This document shows, one piece after another, positions 13,608 to 25,150 of a DNA stretch of 64,000 nt. Position numbers and translations under genes: made by a program. Positions within the stretch are counted from its first letter, which is position 1. The number at the start of each line of letters is the position of its first letter. Origin of the DNA: Takakia lepidozioides (Eukaryota > Plantae > Bryophyta); assembly GCA_030704615.1 (NCBI GenBank), contig CM060733.1, positions 50,282,001 to 50,346,000 on the forward strand. Direction: 5' to 3'. The notes beneath the pieces are model-generated. The model made no database searches and was not told where the DNA came from. It saw nothing but the letters and a program-made list of their open reading frames with translations.

Positions 13608-14402
13608 CTACGTTTCAATCTGTTCCAAGGAAGCGTCAGGAAATTTTTGTTTTCTAAGATAAACCTGCCACTGCAAATCCCATAGCAAGAGGCATTTGAC
13701 CTTTGGGTCATTATACGGTCGACATCCTATGGGTTTTTCCACGTTGAATATATCAGCGTCTTTTCCGGATAACCGCAACTCTTCTAGGTGCAGTTTGAGT
13801 TCATCCAGAAGAAACTTGTCCTTGTATGGGTCGACGAGCGCTTTATATTTTGGAAGGAAGATACCGATCGACTTTGGGTTCAAGTAGGACTTATACATAT
13901 TTTCTACAGTGTCGATAAGAAGTGTGTTTGATTTGTACGCTACAGTGTCGTCTACAGTGAAAAGGTCGTAGAGACGTTTGAGATATATTGGCGCTCTCGG
14001 ATATTTGGGCCATTTGTCACTGAAAGTCTGTCTGTGCTTCACGCAGTTCTCATTGCTGAATTCACTGACCTTGTAAAACCTTCTTCCAAACAAAGCCAGC
14101 CCTATATCCAGGACATTTTCTAACGGTCCAGTGTTCCAAAAGTAGACCTTAAAATGCTTAAGGACCCATTTCAGGTAGTCGTCCAACCCATTTCGGACTG
14201 CAAGCTTGAATTTTCCAGCGCACACACAAGGATGGGTTGCGGGAGGGGATCTCGGGCCATCTCGGAGGTAAACCTCACCAAGGTAACCGACGTCAAGAAC
14301 CAGGATGTAATATCCTGGTCGACATCCTTTCGGTTCCTCAGAGAGGCGATACCAATCCTGTGGGTTCACAGATTTGTGATAGTCGATTGGAGGGTGAATC
14401 AT
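13608..14402 (-). CDS. FCP1/NIF-like HAD phosphatase-fold domain 1 (degenerate catalytic motif), probably an exon
   Basis: YILVLDVGYL ... VRNGLDDYLKWVLKHFKVYFWNTG ... IYLKRLYDLF ... SNTLLIDT..KSYLNP. Splice acceptor TTCCACAG just upstream. Confidence 0.75.
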   Translation of the reverse strand: MIHPPIDYHKSVNPQDWYRLSEEPKGCRPGYYILVLDVGYLGEVYLRDGPRSPPATHPCVCAGKFKLAVRNGLDDYLKWVLKHFKVYFWNTGPLENVLDIGLALFGRRFYKVSEFSNENCVKHRQTFSDKWPKYPRAPIYLKRLYDLFTVDDTVAYKSNTLLIDTVENMYKSYLNPKSIGIFLPKYKALVDPYKDKFLLDELKLHLEELRLSGKDADIFNVEKPIGCRPYNDPKVKCLLLWDLQWQVYLRKQKFPDASLEQIET

Positions 14403-14917
14403 ATCATCCTGTGGAATAACAGAACAATTAATTTATTTTGAAAACTAGAAGAAGGAAAAAGAAGAACATAGCTAAGATGGTTATGAAGTGTATACCCGTT
14501 TCGGGGAGGGATTCCGAATTTGTTGTTGTGGCTGCTCGCTCTCTTTTCCTTCGTGCTGAGCAACGACCATCTCCGACTCATCTCCTCCATCTCGCAACGT
14601 CGACTGGGCAGTGGAGGTTGCTCGTATGACCGGATCAGGTGGGCTGACCCTTATTGTTAAGTCCACCTGTCTCCTCACTGTTTGAGTCGAGATGGACTCT
14701 GTCCGGGTTTGTGTGATTTCCTCCAATTTCTGTTCATGGATCTATACGAGTTTTCGTAACCGTCAGTCACATGTAAAGTTGAAGAAGGTTTGAAATATCA
14801 AGATACACATTAGATATTGGCAAAAACACAACCAAAACACAACCAGATGCAATACACACAATTTGTTCCATTTATAATACTTAAAGACACCATAAATCTT
14901 CAGGTGTCATTCATTAC

Positions 14918-17900
14918 CTACATCCAAATTACATGCTGGGAGACACTTTGAGAGTAAGTTGGGCTCTGAGTTCGGCCTCTGCCTCCGCTGTTTTTTCCAG
15001 GAGATGGGCTTTTAGTCCTGGCTCTGTCACCACTGTCCCGTTTTGCAGGAGACGGGCTCTTAGTCCTCGCTCTGTGTCCGCTTTCTTTTTTGAGACACGG
15101 GCTCTTTGTCCTCGCTCTCTCTACCCTCTCTTTGGCGGGAGACGGAGACATTGGCGCCGGCTCGTCCCCTTCTACAGGTTTGAACCAGTCTTCTGAACTC
15201 CGAACAAGATTGTCGGCCACCTCGATTGAGCTGGCCTCGGCACCCCTTGAGGGTGAAGGAGGATTACTCTTAGTTCTCTCGCTTGAACTCGACGAATCCC
15301 CATCAAGAATCACAACCTTGTGGACCGCAACATCTTGCGTGGTGTTCTCAAGTCCATCCAGTGACCGAGTTCTGAAGTCCTGAATCACATCTAGGTGTCC
15401 AGCCTCCCAACGGTCTGCATTGTCTCCATCGTGGCCCTCGGTGTCCTCATTACAATCGATGCCCTCGTCCTCCTCTCTGTGTTCGGAATGTCCACCTCCT
15501 TCTTCCAAGTCTTCATCTTCCTCCTCATCCTCATCATCGTCTCCTCCGTCAACCTCTTCAGCAACATTATCATTCTCAATTTGAAGCTTCTTAAAATTTG
15601 CTTCTACTTTTCCTTTGCAATTTTTTTTTTTGGTTGAGTGGTTGATGTCAAGCACTCGAATGTTTCTTGCCTGCAGATAAACCCAGTCAATAAAACAGAG
15701 GACGTGTTCGATCAAAAATATAAAAATCGTATTTAAAATGCCAAAAGGTTTTACACTTACATGAAGGGCGTACGTCAACATCACGCCTCCGAAGATGTTG
15801 ACAGCGGACATCCCATCTCGACAAAACAGGGAGGCCAAATAATCGTATGTGTCAACTCGTAGCTCATGATTATAAGTCCTGCACTCTTCTTCAAAAGCTG
15901 ATGGCTTCTCAGAAGGCCCTTCCAGAATCGGCTGTATTGGCTCGATTAAGAGTACGGTGACGATGTGCTCGTCCAGATTCTGCATCTTCTCGGGTGTCGC
16001 TGGAAAAACATAGTCCAGGCACATTACAGTCCAAGAGAAAGTCTTCGTGCTATTTTTATAAACATTTTCATACTCCCCCGGAACATAAAATCCATGTCGG
16101 ACAAGATACGATGTTCTTCCGGGACCATTTTGGATGTAGGAGACCAGATTGGCCGAGGATGGTTGCGTCGAGAAGAAAACAAAAGCACTCATGTTCATTT
16201 TCTGAGCCACAAAAGCCTCCAGTATGTTCACATAATCCTTGGACTCAAATACCACAGAGTCATCTTCAGAAATTATATTGACGAACACCATCACTATGTT
16301 GTCAAACTGTTTCTCGGTGCGAGTCGCAGACGGGACTTGACATCGGCGAATTTTGTTTCCCCCCCCATGAGAACGTAATGAGACTTGAAACTCGCTGAAA
16401 TAATCGCCATGGCATCTTCTCTATCCTCATAAGCTTTCTTGATGGAGGAGACATACTTAACAAAAGTGGCCGTCAGTGGTTTTGTCTCCATGTTTATCTT
16501 GATCTTGCTTTGGATGTAATCCGTCCCTAGTTTGTCTTTAAATGTTGAGAACTTTGCCTTATTGCAGTGGTACTTTTTCTTCACTTCACGCCACTTGTCC
16601 TTAGTGTACGGTTCCGTGCACTGTTTGTCCTCCAAGGCCACCCCAACACTTCCATAACATCGTCGACAATAAATCGGCGCATTTTCATGTCGTCTATGTA
16701 CTTGTTCATGCCTTAAATTGATTTGTCTTGTCCTTTGTAATCTTGAATGGTCAATTTCAGGTCCAGGATTTTCTGCGCAACTTTTATCAGCTGCCATCTG
16801 TTCAACCCTTGCAACTTTGCGATAGCAGATTTCGTGAGCTATTGCCGTTCACCCTTGTACTGTATCCCAAGCGGGTCGAGTAGCTTTCCCTGCTCCCAGT
16901 TTTTTTAAACATCTTCCCAGATCTTCCAAACGTCATTGTCGCAAAGTACCATGACCATTGCCTCCTTAATGCTACCCATTTCAAATATCAAATGACAGGC
17001 AAACATGAACTCCTGCACATTCAGGAAAAATTAGGTGTCATTCCGACAACAGAAGTATTCTTTAGCATAAAATGAATGTGAATAATAGTTTTTCATTCCA
17101 TAAATGCATACCTTCCATCGTTTCGTCTCGGACTTGGTGGTGTGATCGTTGTATTTCTTTGGCTTCCCCCTCAGGTTGAATAACATTCGCGCGTGCGCAA
17201 CTTTCTCCGGTATTGTTGTATCAAACTTTTGTGCCATATTGGGATCGTTGAGGAGCTTTGACAACTTTAGGAGCCTTTGTTCATCGGTAGACCATACAAT
17301 CTTCGCAGGCCACTCCCGGTAAGACTCCTTCAGTTCGCTGTCGGCAAGATCCTCGAGAAGTTCCTACTACAGTTAATATAAAATGGGTGAGAGAGTTGAA
17401 AGTGTAGGGACATATCCAATTTTGTTGTTCAACACCAACCTCCACTGCCCAGTGGAGGTTCGTTAAAAGAGAGGTCTGGGTGGAAGTGAAGTCCATTACC
17501 TTTGCTGCCACGATGGTGTGTTATCCACCAATGACGAAGAACCTGGATACGTCCATTTCCTTCCATTGCTTCGGTCGCGATGAAGCAATCTTCTCGAGAT
17601 TGGAAGGGTTGATTGGCGCAAGATACACCGGATGTTTGGAGTCGAACAAATGAAGCTGGAAGAGTCGCGGTTTCACTTCGTCCTTATGCTTGATATTTAA
17701 CGGCCTGTAAACCATGCTCCTTGGAGCTAGTTCCATCATGGAAACCTTAACAAGGAAGGTACTCTCGAATCCGAATGGAAATACGTCATTGTATTCCTTC
17801 GTGAGCCTCTCCTCCATCTTCTCGCATTTTTCCTTGTCGAAAATCTCCCCAGCTTTAGGTCTCTTGTTATCTGACATCAATGTTGGATCTTGATCCTCCT

Positions 17901-18636
17901 TCTGTTTCTTCTTTCCTGCGGAAGTCCCGGCCTCATTGTCATCATTGCCGGCTGTCGACGACTTGCGTTTTCCCTTCTTCGGCTTTGATGCTTCCTGTAG
18001 TGCTTGCTTCTTGCGAATGTCGTTCCCCATTGCGTGCAGAAGATCCAGAAAAATACTCCAGGCCCTCGATAAACCTACGTCAGTAAATACTGAGCCCTCG
18101 TCTAGAAATCTAAAACCTAGTGCAATGCATTCACTCATCAACGACTTGTTCAGACGACCCACCTCCACTTCGAAACCTAACATCCCGGGGGTTCTCGCAT
18201 CCTCATGCAGGAACAAAACCAACATTGGGTTTTCTTCTTCAGATTCAAGCTCTATATCGAGAGCTTCTGCGTATTTTAAGTCTGTTATTACTCCAAGACT
18301 TCTGTAATGAAAAGACAGTTTGTGATCAGGAGGTGTACCGACAGGCACGATGCCCCAATCTGTCACCTCTGCGTTATGCTCAAATATTGCGGTATGCTCA
18401 GTTTTGAAATTTGAGGACTTCCGGTATACGAATGTGCCACAAATATCTCCAATCAGTCCCGGGACACAATCTGGTGGTATAGGATGTCTTTTGTTACAAC
18501 CAAACACAAATTCATTAGATAATGAAATAACAAGATCTCTCTTACTAACATCCATCATTCCAGATATAAGAACCTCCACTGGACAGTGGAGGTTCGTATG
18601 TACGAGGCTTTCTACATGAAATGGGAAATCCTCCAT
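14918..18636 (-). pseudogene. Multi-exon gene: ParB/Srx-like domain, helical region, degenerate N6/N4 DNA-methyltransferase-like domain, acidic and RS-rich tail
   Basis: VYRPLN..H...V ... FFVIGG*HTIVAAK (TAA probably from CAA, giving GQH), spliced to ...WPAKIVWSTDEQRLLKLSKLLND...IPEKVAHAR. C-terminal ELRVDTYDYLASLFCRDGMSAVNIFGG..LTYAL/ARNIRVLDI resembles motifs X-I-II of beta-class amino-MTases. Several stops. Confidence 0.55.
14955..15140 (-). repeat. ~48-bp coding tandem repeat (RARTKSPSP, about 4 copies)
   Basis: ERARTKSPCLKKESGHRARTKSPSPAKRDSGDRARTKSPSPGKNSGGRGRTQSPT. Confidence 0.8.
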
Positions 18637-18764
18637 ATTTTACAGATGTAGTAGAAAGAAACTTTAATGAAAATGAGGCTGAGGAGCCATTGAATACATC
18701 ATCCTGAAACAAGACAAATCTACAATAGAAATCTTCAGAAGATTCTAGATTATATACCCAAGAA

Positions 18765-19324
18765 CTACAAAATGCTCCTTCTGATCTCTCTGAGTGTATC
18801 AGGCGAATAGTCTGGAGGGGTATATTTTGGGGATCCGGTGATACTATCAGGAGACGCAGGGGAGTATCCTGGAGATCCGGAGACGTCCAGGAGTTCCAGG
18901 ACTCCCTGTCTCGTTGCAGTGTCCAGGAAAAAGTTTGGAGGGTAATATCCTGCATATCCTGTTGTGGATTCATGAGATGCTGGAAGTAACCCGGAGATGT
19001 GGGATATCCAAAAACGGTCTCTCGTATCGCCGCCAATGTGTCCGGGGAATAGTCTGGAGGGGTGTATCTCGGATAATCTTGGGAGTAGGCAGGAGATCCG
19101 TTGACATCATTGTTTACATGAACGCTTTCTCTTATTTCCGCCAGGGTATCCTTGGAGATGTCTTGAGGTGTATTGTTGGGAGATTCAGATGCGTTTCGCG
19201 GGGATTCTACAGTCACATTTTTGTCAATCCCAGACACTTCGTTCGGCTCGGTAGACCCCCAACTGGATTTTTCATCTGGTTTCGAAACACCATGTTTTTG
19301 ATCTGGATGGTCCGCTTCCATCAC
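18765..19324 (-). pseudogene. Ser/Pro/Tyr-rich repetitive ORF, frameshifted, unknown function
   Basis: Repeats GSPAYSQDYPRYTPPDYSPDTLAAIRE and, in another frame, GSPGYSPASP..GSPKYTPPDYSPDTLREIRR. Confidence 0.45.
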
Positions 19325-19852
19325 GTCTACCGAACACCGTCTCTTGCTCCAATTTAAGCTGACGGTCTTGTACTCATCACCGGTTCCCCACCCTCGCTCC
19401 TCTTTCTCATACTGACATAAAAACTAATCAGAGTGTGTAACTGGCTGACCCAAAGAAATATCAAACTTCCACTAGGTAGTGGAGGTTCCCAATTATCGTA
19501 TTCCAGTCTCGTTGGAAAGTATGTGTCACACTTACAATGTTACACATATGATTCCATCACTTGTTCCCACACTGTCTCACACTGATTTTCATTTTTCCCG
19601 GAATTATCCGATTTCGTCCTAACTTTAAAAAATGTCTTTCAGCTTCCCCTTACAGAATTCACGCAAACCTCCACTGGGCAGTGGAGGTTCCAGTTTTTGG
19701 TTCCTCATGTGCATGACATTGGTCTACGAATAGTCTACTTTGGCCTGCACAAAGCCTAATGTTAGCCTATGTCTAGTGTAGAATACAAGTAGACTAGGCT
19801 ATCGTGGTTTTTTAGAATTGCCAAATTCGACAAAATTGGATAAGAAATGAAA

Positions 19853-20578
19853 TGTCGCGGCCCTTTGCCTTGAGGGCAGGGGGTCGGGACACGAGAGGGG
19901 CTGCCCCTGTGGTGGGGGCAGTGGCAACAATAGATGCGGGGGCTGAAGCACCCCTGAGTGCCCAAGGCACTCAAGGAGGCGGAGGCGCTCACTAGGTGGA
20001 GCCTCGCACACCGGGTTGCGGTGAGGGTGGTTCCACGAGAGGTGGTGGTAGCTTAGTGGGACTTAGTGGGGGTGGCATAGGACTCACCATGGGGGCGGAG
20101 ACCTTGTGGTGGGAGTCGTGGGGAGTCTTGGGACTCATCATGGTCCAATGAGACCGTGGTGGATGGGCCAAGACTCACCGCGACTCATCACCGGGAATCG
20201 AGGGTTTTCGTGGTGGTTCGCCATAAAATGGCATGGTTATTTGTGAAACCCCCGCAGACAGTCACAGAAGTATATATAGGGAGTAGTAACCCCGAGAACG
20301 GTGCAAGCCCGTTGGTGACCAAAAACTAGTGAGTGAGCGAGCGAGCCGGAAAGCGACCAAGGAGTGGGGAGCTATTCCGGACTGCCATCTACCAAAGGGA
20401 ATTTTCACTAGGCCCAAATTGGTGGAGGGTCTGTTGGAGGAGCAAAGGGGGACCGTTATGCCTTGGTGAGCAGCCGAACCTCCGAGTTGGCCCGGCGGCC
20501 AGTTGGGGAGTTAGGCGCGCGCATCAAAGCGAGTAACTATGACTTGAAGGGGAGCTTACCGAAGTGAGGTGCGCGACA
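19853..20578 (+). mobile_element. Solo LTR (726 bp)
   Basis: TGTCGCG...CGCGACA termini. 5-bp TSD TGAAA (19848-19852, 20579-20583). Internal TATATATA at ~20271. Confidence 0.88.
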
Positions 20579-21132
20579 TGAAATTTTCCATTCATAATTG
20601 AATTTGAATGGGAACAAATGCATCAACTATTGACAAGAACAAACTAATGCTGGATTTAAGGATCAAGATAACGGTTGAGAAATAAACATCTGGACATTTC
20701 CGAAACCACTGTCCTAAAAAAACCACCACATTGAACAAACACAAGCAATACAACCAGCACGGTAATCTCCTGCCACCCTAAACCATTACCCTAATCAACC
20801 AGAACAAGCACACACAAACCCTATTGTACACAAAACCACCCTACAAACCATCGATGAATTGAACTACAACAGTGAAGCAATGAAGCATTGCACAGAATGG
20901 AGCAGGAGTGAAATGAATTGACAGAGAATGAAGCAGGAATGAAGCATAAATGAAGCAAACAACAAAGCAGACAATGAAACAGAAACCTAATGTGCACCGA
21001 AGCACGGACTGAAGCACTGAAGTAGAGATGAGAGTTTACTGAAGACAGTGCAGTGCAACATAGAATGAAGCAGGATCCAAACGAATTGAATTGAGAACAG
21101 GCCAACACAAAACATGAAACATAAGACGAAAA

Positions 21133-21810
21133 GCACCGGGTTGAATCTAGGCACATGTGTTGTAGTCGTGGCAGGAGGAGTAGTAGCACCTTTTGAACTG
21201 GTACCACCTGCAGAAGTACTGGCACTACTTGTTTCACTACTAGTGCTGGCCGTGGGAGATATTGGTGCTGATGCCGCTACTGGTCGCGTTGTGCCTCGAG
21301 TAATGGGGACGTAGTCAGATGACCAATATATCCTCCACTCCTCAATCTCTGCTTCATGTCCTCGCCTGAACTCGTGGTAATCGTCCATAGGCGGGCCTTC
21401 CAAATGCTGGAACAATCCCTTCCACGCCATGAATGGGGTGAACAGCTGTGGATTGCGCATCTGCTGCAAATCACACCAGCTGTCGAACTCCTGGATAAAG
21501 TCATCCAGCTCGATTGTGCCCACAGCTCCAGAGTACCTACGAGGCCCCTTGGTAGCTCCATACATCTCCTCCATGTCGTCCCACAATAATGGCGAATAAA
21601 ACTGCACACATGTTGATGAAGCCTCTGGGTCTGTGTCATACTCTACAATAGTCGAGGGTGGAGGTGAAGGTGAACCGAATACCTCGTCTTGTGAACCCAC
21701 TCTCACTGCTACTGCCTGTAGCCGTACTCCCCTCAAAACCCTTGGGTAACTCCGTGATGACACTCACAACGTGCACCTCCCCTACGTGACACTATAAGGC
21801 TCTAGTACTA
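21133..21810 (-). mobile_element. Gypsy 5' internal fragment: degenerate Met-PBS and gag N-terminus, inverted relative to the gag-pol at 26994
   Basis: TAGTACTAGAGCC (21810-21798) resembles TGGTATCAGAGCC. Gag-like GPRRYSG...LDDFIQEFDSWCDLQ...FQHLEG ending at VPRFNPV. Confidence 0.7.
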
Positions 21811-23889
21811 ATTCTAATAGTGACACGGGTGGGCACCTGTTGCAATTTAAGGGTCATATCCCAGTGGCTCGGGGCACCTGCACCTGCATCCACCGCAAGA
21901 ACTCCTATGGTTGGCTGGTCATCAACCCAGTCTCACCATAGAAGAAACATTGGTGGTCTTGCTGGTCATCACTCCAGCCTCACCACCGACAGCATACTCT
22001 AGGATTGACCGGTGATCAAATCCGGCCTAATCCCTATGAAAGCAAACGCCCACACAAAACCAACATGGCGCACAGTCAAGCATGCAGGCGTTGGGGGGGA
22101 TCCAAACACAAGAAATCAAAACATCAACACCCCCACACCAAAATCCATCTGTAGTGCTGATCCTGCAGAACATCCCAGCCCAAAACCCTGGACTGACTGG
22201 CCTCCACCAAGAGAGGCTTTGGCAACTACAAGTACAAAGTAATGAAAATAGTAAAAAGAGGGAGGGGAAGAATAGAGGCCCGACCAAGCAAGATCTAATC
22301 CTGATCTATGCTATCAACTGCCAGACTTCTCTCAAAGTGCCTCGCTTTGCATGATGGTAAGGTGTAGGAGGTATATCTATGTCCAGAAACCTATTACTAA
22401 CCTTATCCCAAGCTACAGTAGCTCGCTCTAACCAACCCTCCTCCTCTCTCTGCCAGGTAGAGACAAAGCAATACTCCCCTATCTCCCGCTCACTGAACAC
22501 TAAAGAAAATAAAGGTAGGGTCTGACAGTCTCTCAACTCGAAAGCTTTGAGATGGTTGCGGGTGTCCTCATTGCGAATGATTGCATCTCCTTCAAGCAGA
22601 ACGAACTTTTCATTGCTAATGAACCCCCGCTCGTGGTTGCCTCGTGTAGAACGTGTCCGGCTGCAACCATGTCTGATTGCAAAAATTTGTGTAGCTCCTG
22701 CTCCTCTGCTCCAGTACACCACGGCCTTGTGGCTGAACACCTTGGTCCCCGGGGCTGTCTTTGGCTGTATTCCAAGCCTAGCTTCCACCCACTTTGGTAT
22801 TTCAAATTGCTGCAGAACTGCTTGCTCCAACAGAGTTCTTACTGTCCAAAGCAATATTGAGGCCCTCAACGCCAACTACAACTATTTGTTGTCTATTACT
22901 AATGCCTGACTCCCAGTATGCAATCAACTCGTCCAACTGCTCTCCACTCAAATTAGTCTGAGTACCTTGAGAAACATAAATCTAGTCCCCTTGTGTGCAC
23001 AGGCTAAGAGAAGAGATCTGCCCTTCAATTACGTCCTTATTTCCCCCAACCATATAAGGAGAACATCCCCAGATTTGTCTCTCATGTAGACCACAACAGG
23101 TTCTAGAAATAGAATTGTGGATCTTTCATAGCGTTGGCTGCATGGGAGGGATCATTACGAATTTTAATCCAAGGTGGGCCATGGACTTGAGCAGCCAGCT
23201 TGTGAGATGCAGAGCAGTTCACCAGTGTATGTTTGAAACACCTGTAGGTGAAATCCAGGGAATCTGTGAGAACTACATGGACGTGTTGGGAACTCGTAGA
23301 TGACTTGGGAGCAGTTTTTAATGGCGAGACGTTTTGGTGTTAAAAAAAAAAACCCCTTTTGATCTAATTTAAATGGTTTAGAGCCTAATTGGTCATATCT
23401 TTGTCAAATGGACTCCGTTTGACTCAGTTTTTGGGGGGATAGCTGTAGAAAGGGGAAATCTACCTATCTAGTAGTTTTGGATTTAGGTTTTAGTTTTTTG
23501 GACTCTGCTAAAAATCTATGGAATTTTTTGAGTGTATCCCGAAGAGGAAGATGCCGACGTCAGCGATATGCATCTGTCTGACAAGCAGTTCTTTGCAACA
23601 GAATAGGCATACCAAACCCGCTCGACATAGAATATGGCAATGGACAGGGTGGGCCACGACCCAAACACTCCTGCCGCACAATCTCCATCGGCGTCCAATC
23701 TGCACGTTCACCGGATGACCCTCCGCAATACCACGACCACACCACCTGCTGTCTGTTCGTCTGCACCCCAACTCCCCAATAATGACAACGTCCACTGGGC
23801 AGTGGAGGTTCTACAAAGTGGAAGAACAAGAAAGCATGATGGCATCAACAAGAATAAAATCAGCCAGAGTATTTTGAAAAAGGAAAAGG

Positions 23890-25150
23890 GGACGTTGGAC
23901 TCCTCTCGAATTCTCTTCCAGTTCATTTTGGGTGGCAAAATTATCAAAGTATCCCGACGTCCCTCTCCAATGCAAAGTGTTTTGTGAGGCATAAGGTCAG
24001 TATTGGCATTGATAATGGACATAATGTTCCCCGCCGCGATTTCCGTGGAAAGATGACAAACAACCCTCTTTACTGAGCTTTTTGTACTCCATGTACGTTG
24101 ACCTTCCAATTCCGTGTATTATCCACCATGCTTTCTCACAAACATCAACACCTTCTATCATAACATACGACTTGCACGATGATCCATCCATTATGTGAAG
24201 TCATTTTGAAACATTCAATCCAAGTTCTCTCCTCTCATCGAATGACGAACCCCAAAATGAAGTACGAATTGCCAAGGTTTTTCTCCAATCAAAATACTGG
24301 CAGCCATTGAAGCTTGCAGCAAGGTTTGTTGCTCACCGACCTCCCTTCATCCAAAGTAAGATTTTTCTTGCACTTTTTTTAGTCCTCCATATTGGATGGT
24401 TTCTTCTTCCAAGTAAAATGCCTGTATGCTGATTTCTTTACGCCCGTACCATGGTCATTATTCTCTATGTCACTGCATGATCGTAGGAAATTTTCGAGAT
24501 CAACGGAGAGTATCTGGCCATTTTCAAGAAGTCTTGTTTTTGTTAACGGCCATTTTACAATGGACATCAGTGAACCGGATTCTCCTGAGATTGTTCTGGT
24601 GACCAGAACCCCAACATCGTCCTCTCCGAATTTGTCATTCAGAATGATCTCGTTAGGAATGCACGCCTGAATTCGGCCTTCGAATAGGGCGTTTCCGTCA
24701 TCCCCAAGAAGAAGACACTGCAAGTTTCTCCAACAATCTCTCCCCAGACCTACAGCCAGATCCCCTTCAATCTCACCGTTGGACGGAATTTCATTGCTTT
24801 CAGTGCTTTGTCCTTGATAATCACTATCTTCTGTGATAGAATGACATCCTGGGTCTCTCTAGGATGCTGAATCCACAGTTTCATGAGTGCGAACACATGA
24901 CACGTCCCACACAACTGGAGTCCCAATCGCCTCCTTCAATGTGTCAGCATCCATGTGTCGATAAGGCAGAGGACATGAGCCGAATGCGTCATCACAAAAG
25001 ATCAGGGTAACTAAAATCGTAGACGAACACAAGTGGTGTCCGTGGCAAGTTCCTTCCCCATAAACATTCAGGCAATCTCTTGAGGCAACCATTGAAGGAG
25101 ATCCAGGAAGCGACAGAAACACCCTTTGGCCTACTTGGAACCCCATGAAG
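23890..25150 (-). pseudogene. DNA-transposon protein fragment: two Tnp1/En-Spm-like modules plus the Cys-rich N-terminal part of a DUF7869/Sola-like transposase
   Basis: VGQRVFL...VAS...GTCHGHHL...PLPY...TLKEAIGTPVVWD; LFEGRI...VGVLV...VKWP; CCQYFDW..IRTSFW...IEGVDVCEKAWWIIHGIGRSTY...HGNRG...DLMPH. Truncated before any DDE core. Confidence 0.55.

Noticed and set aside
19760-19852. TGTTAG at 19760 as the LTR start
   Set aside because: No TSD; 19853 gives both terminal inverted repeats and a matching TSD.
21813-23500. 5' LTR of the DNMT element, including ORF 22306-22875
   Set aside because: Could not be matched to the short putative 3' LTR at 34884, so boundaries are unsupported.
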